Assembly: GCA_020137815.1 (NCBI GenBank)
Contig: CM035353.1
Span: 2,976,001-3,040,000 of the forward strand
Origin: Hormiphora californensis
Lineage: Eukaryota; Animalia; Ctenophora
Direction: 5' to 3'
Length of the DNA stretch: 64,000 nucleotides
Shown here: piece after piece, positions 60,120 to 64,000 of the stretch
Layout of the letters: every line of letters starts with the position of its first letter
Position numbering within the stretch: the first letter of the stretch is position 1
Position numbers and translations under genes: made by a program
Notes under the pieces: model-generated
The model's database searches: none
What the model was told of the DNA's origin: nothing
What the model saw: only the letters and a program-made list of their open reading frames with translations

Positions 60120-60218
60120 CAGGAACCGACCGAAACAAGTAAACAACCGACCAATCAGAACTCGGTATTTAGGTCACGTGACTGGTCATCAGCCAATCAG
60201 GGACCAGTATTTCCTGAT
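60120..60218. mobile_element. Truncated hAT-like MITE flanked by a 24-bp direct repeat
   Basis: atcctgtctatcactctgtctggc at 60097-60120 and 60217-60240. Confidence 0.8.
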
Positions 60219-60510
60219 CCTGTCTATCACTCTGTCTGGCGACGCGGACCCCATCCGAACGCACTGATTGAGAATCAAATGGGGGTCTGGCGCCATGCCA
60301 GACAGGTCTCACTACTCAGGATTTGAATAAGAGACATGCAGTTAACTGAATATTGTCATACACACTGATACATTTACTACATACAACAAGCGATCTATGC
60401 TAAACAAGGTAGGTATTAGTGTTTAATTTGATTTCAGTCAATTTTAACCCGTTTTCACATATAATACCCCTTCATCTATATGCTTCACACATCCTTATAA
60501 TATAACGAAC

Positions 60511-60687
60511 CTGGTCAAAGGTGGGGCACCGTCCATGATGCATAACAGATAAATCAGCACCAACTCGACACGAGGCAGTCTCCAACAGACAAAGGGCTTG
60601 GTAAGTCTGACAGTCTGTACCACAAACTGAGCCCTCATTTAACCGCGTGGATCCTTCACACTTGTCATTACACGTACACAGCGAGGC
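60511..60687 (-). CDS. Exon: Kazal part of a follistatin-type module
   Basis: ctgcAG|GCC...CAG|GTTCGT; CTCNDKC...VCGTDCQTYQALCLLETASC...LSVMHHGRC (not in ORF track; read manually). Confidence 0.88.
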
Positions 60688-60856
60688 CTGCAGAGCATGT
60701 GTGTGTGTGTGTGTGTCATGGGGGGGGGGAGGTGAGTGTATTGTTATTACATTGGCAGCGCCACGTTCAGGGGATAGCGCAACGTGCCCATGGTATTACA
60801 GAAGGGCAAATAGTGGGTAATTATTGATGGTGCTGATATTTATAATAAAGGGTTAC

Positions 60857-61013
60857 CATGTTATCGTAGTCAGGAACACACTGCTGTTGGTTGTTGGGAC
60901 AGGTCACCCCCGCGCAGAGATCCACTACGTGCAGATAAGCATCCGCCTCCTCGGACCCCAAAGAGTTGTATGTGATGCACCTGTACCACCCTTCATCCTG
61001 CTCAGTCACCGGA
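60857..61013 (-). CDS. Exon: end of an Ig domain plus follistatin-N-like segment; gene continues upstream
   Basis: cccctAG|T CCG...ATG|GTAAC; VTEQDEGWYRCITYNSLGS (D-x-G-x-Y-x-C) then LCAGVTCPNNQQQCV. Confidence 0.85.
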
Positions 61014-61838
61014 CTAGGGGGAGAGAGTTGTATGTGATACATGGCATGAGCCATAGTTGTAGGTAATCGACAAATTGAGGGAGATACGGGTGTTTCAAAT
61101 TAGCAGACTGAGGCGGGCTAATTGAAACACCAAATTTGGGTATATATCACGTGACCCTGACCCCGGAAGACAAATGGAGACATATCAAACCACTCCAAAA
61201 ACTACCCTGGGACTGTCTCGGTAACATAGGGTGAAAAAAATTTGGTTCAACTTGATTTGAGGACACACAAAGGAAAAAAGTGAAAAGGTGTTTCAAATAG
61301 CCAGTCGCTACCCTAATGCAAATACTCTTGTTTAATTTTTGTTTCTTGGTTCCCTATACCGGGAAGAGTCAGCACAGTAATCTACTTTGGAATTGGATTG
61401 CTGAAAAGACTGAGACAGGGACGACCGCGGAGACGTATATTTCCCCATTCCAGCATATTATTTCAAACATTGTTTATTCTTCTCTGAATATCACTATTTA
61501 TAGGAAGTCTAAGATAATAAATCTTGCAATATTCACAGTTCTTACAGATATACAGTTGGTTGTCCAGCTCGATATGAGACTCATGATGATAATTCTTTTG
61601 TAACAATAGGGACAATTGCGATTCTTTGGGTATGGCCTTTCAGCTGGTAGTGATATCCAAAGAGTCTAAATTTGTCCAAAAATTGAATAAACATTGTTTA
61701 TCAATGATAAATGGGTCGCATATTACATATCACATATTATCAACATAATATGCGACCCATGAGAAAATTTCTAGATACCAAACTGTACCCTCTGCTTTTG
61801 TTGACCTTAGTACATACACTTTAACACACACACATATC

Positions 61839-62053
61839 ATGGCCGAGGGGTCTACAACTCCTAGTGTCGATCAGGGCGTTGTTGTGAACACTGTAACCAT
61901 GGTAACCGCCGATGACCTTACTGAATTGTCAGAGGTACGGGTTGTACTCAACAAGGGTGATCCTGGCTCCCAGACAACTTCAGAGGAGGGAGACGAGGCA
62001 ACTAATAGGAGGGCGGTGTGGAAGTTAGTTGATAGGGATGAAGATACGCCCAG
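61839..62053 (+). CDS. Aquaporin probable exon 1 (acidic N-terminal tail)
   Basis: atcATGG start, 71 open codons, donor AG|GTATAA in phase 2 matching exon 63034. Confidence 0.6.
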
Positions 62054-62230
62054 GTATAATAGTGTCGGAGTTTTTGAAGTTGTTAGGGGGTGACAACTTC
62101 AAAAAATACGACTTTATACTGCTCTTGTTTCAAACCGAACCTTTGGACATGGCCATGACATGTCAAATACACAACGAACAACGAAGAAATCAGCTTATTA
62201 TTGCATTGGTTTTCCTATTCAAGCCAGAAA

Positions 62231-63053
62231 GCTTCCCGCCCCCTAACTACACTCCATTTCATATCAGGTTGCTTGGTAGGGCAGGCTTCCCGCCCCCTAA
62301 CTACACTCCATTTCATATCAGGTTGCTTGGTAGGGCAGCTTCCCGCCCCCTAACTACACTCCATTTCATATCAGGTTGCTTGGTAGGGCAGTGCTCCCCG
62401 CCCCCTAACTACACTCCATTTCATATCAGGTTGCTTGGTAGGGCAGTGCTCCCCGCCCCCTAACTACACTCCATTTCATATCAGGTTGCTTGGTAGGGCA
62501 GTGCTCCCCCCCCCTAACTACACTCCATTTCATATCAGGTTGCTTGGTAGGGCAGTGCTCCCCGCCCCCCTAACTACAATCCATTTCATATCAGGTTGCT
62601 TGGTAGGGCAGTGCTCCCCGCCCCCTAACTACACTCCATTTCATATCAGGTTGCTTGGTAGGGCAGGCTTCCCGCCCCCCTAACTACACTCCATTTCATA
62701 TCAGGTTGCTTGGTAGGGCAGTGCTCCCCGCCCCCTAACTACACTCCATTTCATATCAGGTTGCTTGGTAGGGCAGTGCTCCCCGCCCCCTAACTACACT
62801 CCATTTCATATCAGGTTGCTTGGTAGGGCAGTGCTCCCCCGCCCCCTAACTACACTCCATTTCATATCAGGTTGCTTGGTAGGGCAGCTTCCCCGCCCCC
62901 TAACTACACTCCATTTCATATCAGGTTGCTTGGTAGGGCAGCTTCCCGCCCCCTAACTACACTCCATTTCATATCAGGTTGCTTGGTAGGGCAGTGCTTC
63001 CCGCCCCCCTAACTACACTCCATTTCATATCAGGTTGCTTGGTAGGGCAGTGC
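62231..63053 (+). repeat. 15 x ~55-bp tandem repeat, each copy holding branch point, acceptor and first ~20 nt of aquaporin exon 2
   Basis: ccctaactacactccatttcatatcag|gttgcttggtagggcag repeated; the last unit runs into the exon. Confidence 0.95.
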
Positions 63054-63185
63054 TTGCTGAGTTTCTCGGTACACTTCTTCTAATTGGAATCGGAATCGGA
63101 CTAGCTAATCCGAGGGTGTTGGGGAAACTTGAACCTGGAAACCGGATCCTATACTCCCCCAATATGGGAATCGGTGCCAGCCTAG
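63034..63185 (+). CDS. Aquaporin (MIP family) exon 2, TM1 to start of TM2
   Basis: RAVLAEFLGTLLL (MIP AEF motif); atcAG|G ... CTA G|GTATAT. Confidence 0.9.
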
Positions 63186-63299
63186 GTATATATAACCATC
63201 TGTTACCATGGTTATCCAATTAGTTTACCATGGTTACCCAATTAGTTTACACGGTAACCATGGTAACCATATTATGGTAACCAAATTACGTGCTTGCAG

Positions 63300-63452
63300 C
63301 GGTTGGAGCACTGGTATATGTGGGCCTGCCCGTGAGTGGTGGCCATATCAATCCCGCAGTCTCCCTGGGTCTGTTTCTTGACAAACGGATTAGCGTCCTC
63401 CGCCTCTTCCTTTACTGGGCAGCACAGTTTATCGGGGGAATTGCCGGTGCAG
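63300..63452 (+). CDS. Aquaporin exon 3 with first NPA motif and TM3
   Basis: SGGHINPAVSLG...YWAAQFIGGIAGA; ttgcAG|CG ... GCA G|GTATGT. Confidence 0.95.
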
Positions 63453-63459
63453 GTATGTT

Positions 63460-63548
63460 AAATACTGGTCTCTGATTGGCTCATAACCAGTCACGTGACC
63501 TAAATAACGAGTTCTGATTGGTTGTTTACTTGTGTCGGTCTGTTCCTG
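63460..63548. mobile_element. Partial hAT-like MITE copy just after a donor site
   Basis: aatactggtc.ctgattggct.ataaccagtcacgtgacctaaataacgag...gttcctg. Confidence 0.8.
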
Positions 63549-63652
63549 ACACTATCCCTGAAGAAGCCGATACAGCTGTAGCTGCACTATATCTCACCCA
63601 TCATGTGGCTTATCAATTTCACAATGGAATTGTTAAACATTCTATATTATAG

Positions 63653-63864
63653 GTTTGATATTCGTGTTATGTAACTACAAGGACCGTCCGAGTCCTACCA
63701 CCGGTACTGTGAGTTATGACCTTGTTGAATACACCTACCCCCAAGTGTTCTTCAACGAGGTATTTGGAACAATGCTACTAATACTGGCAGTGTATGCCAC
63801 CTTTATCGAACCCAACCAGGACCTGAACTACTTGAAATGTATCGTTATTTCAATCACTTGTATG
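63653..63864 (+). CDS. Aquaporin exon 4 (loop C, TM4, start of TM5); gene continues beyond the window
   Basis: ttatAG|GT...ATG|GTAAGT; FFNEVFGTMLLILAVYA (TM4 E-x-x-x-T motif). Confidence 0.9.
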
Positions 63865-64000
63865 GTAAGTCATGGAGAATTGTTGAACTGCCAAACAGCT
63901 TCAACCACCGACAGCCAACTTCATGAGCCATGACAGCCAAACAACCTAATTATAAATTAGAATCAAACCAAAAAAATATTAGAGACTAGAATCAAAGTTT

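Noticed and set aside
62231-63053. CRISPR-like regular array
   Set aside because: No unique spacers and no cas genes; eukaryotic intron context; the unit is a duplicated splice-acceptor region.

Overview
Eukaryotic (animal) draft-assembly window with short introns, many microsatellites and many MITEs. The abundant CAGGAACCGACCGAA... MITE resembles one I recall from Pleurobrachia-type ctenophore genomes; this is recollection, not a search result. About a third of the window (~14.6-36.9 kb) is a near-pure G/A to poly-G tract next to a 100-N gap. It is most likely a sequencing/assembly artefact, and all giant Pro/Gly/Arg ORFs there are spurious. Interpretable content: (1) an L2/CR1-group LINE 3' part with stem-loop and (TAT)n tail; (2) an RTE LINE remnant; (3) a phase-consistent minus-strand multi-exon gene of unknown function with an NLS-like motif (44633->37069); (4) the 3' seven exons of a minus-strand extracellular Ig-follistatin/Kazal-Ig-VWD-C8-like gene (61013->56133); (5) a plus-strand aquaporin (61839->63864+), apparently nested antisense in that gene's intron. 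Most notable structures: 15 tandem copies of the aquaporin exon-2 branch point and splice acceptor, with only the last in frame; a tRNA-like cloverleaf held between 52-bp inverted arms; a 1.5-kb foldback element with a 9-bp TSD beside a splice acceptor; and a 3.4-kb insertion whose empty site is visible in a neighbouring duplicate.
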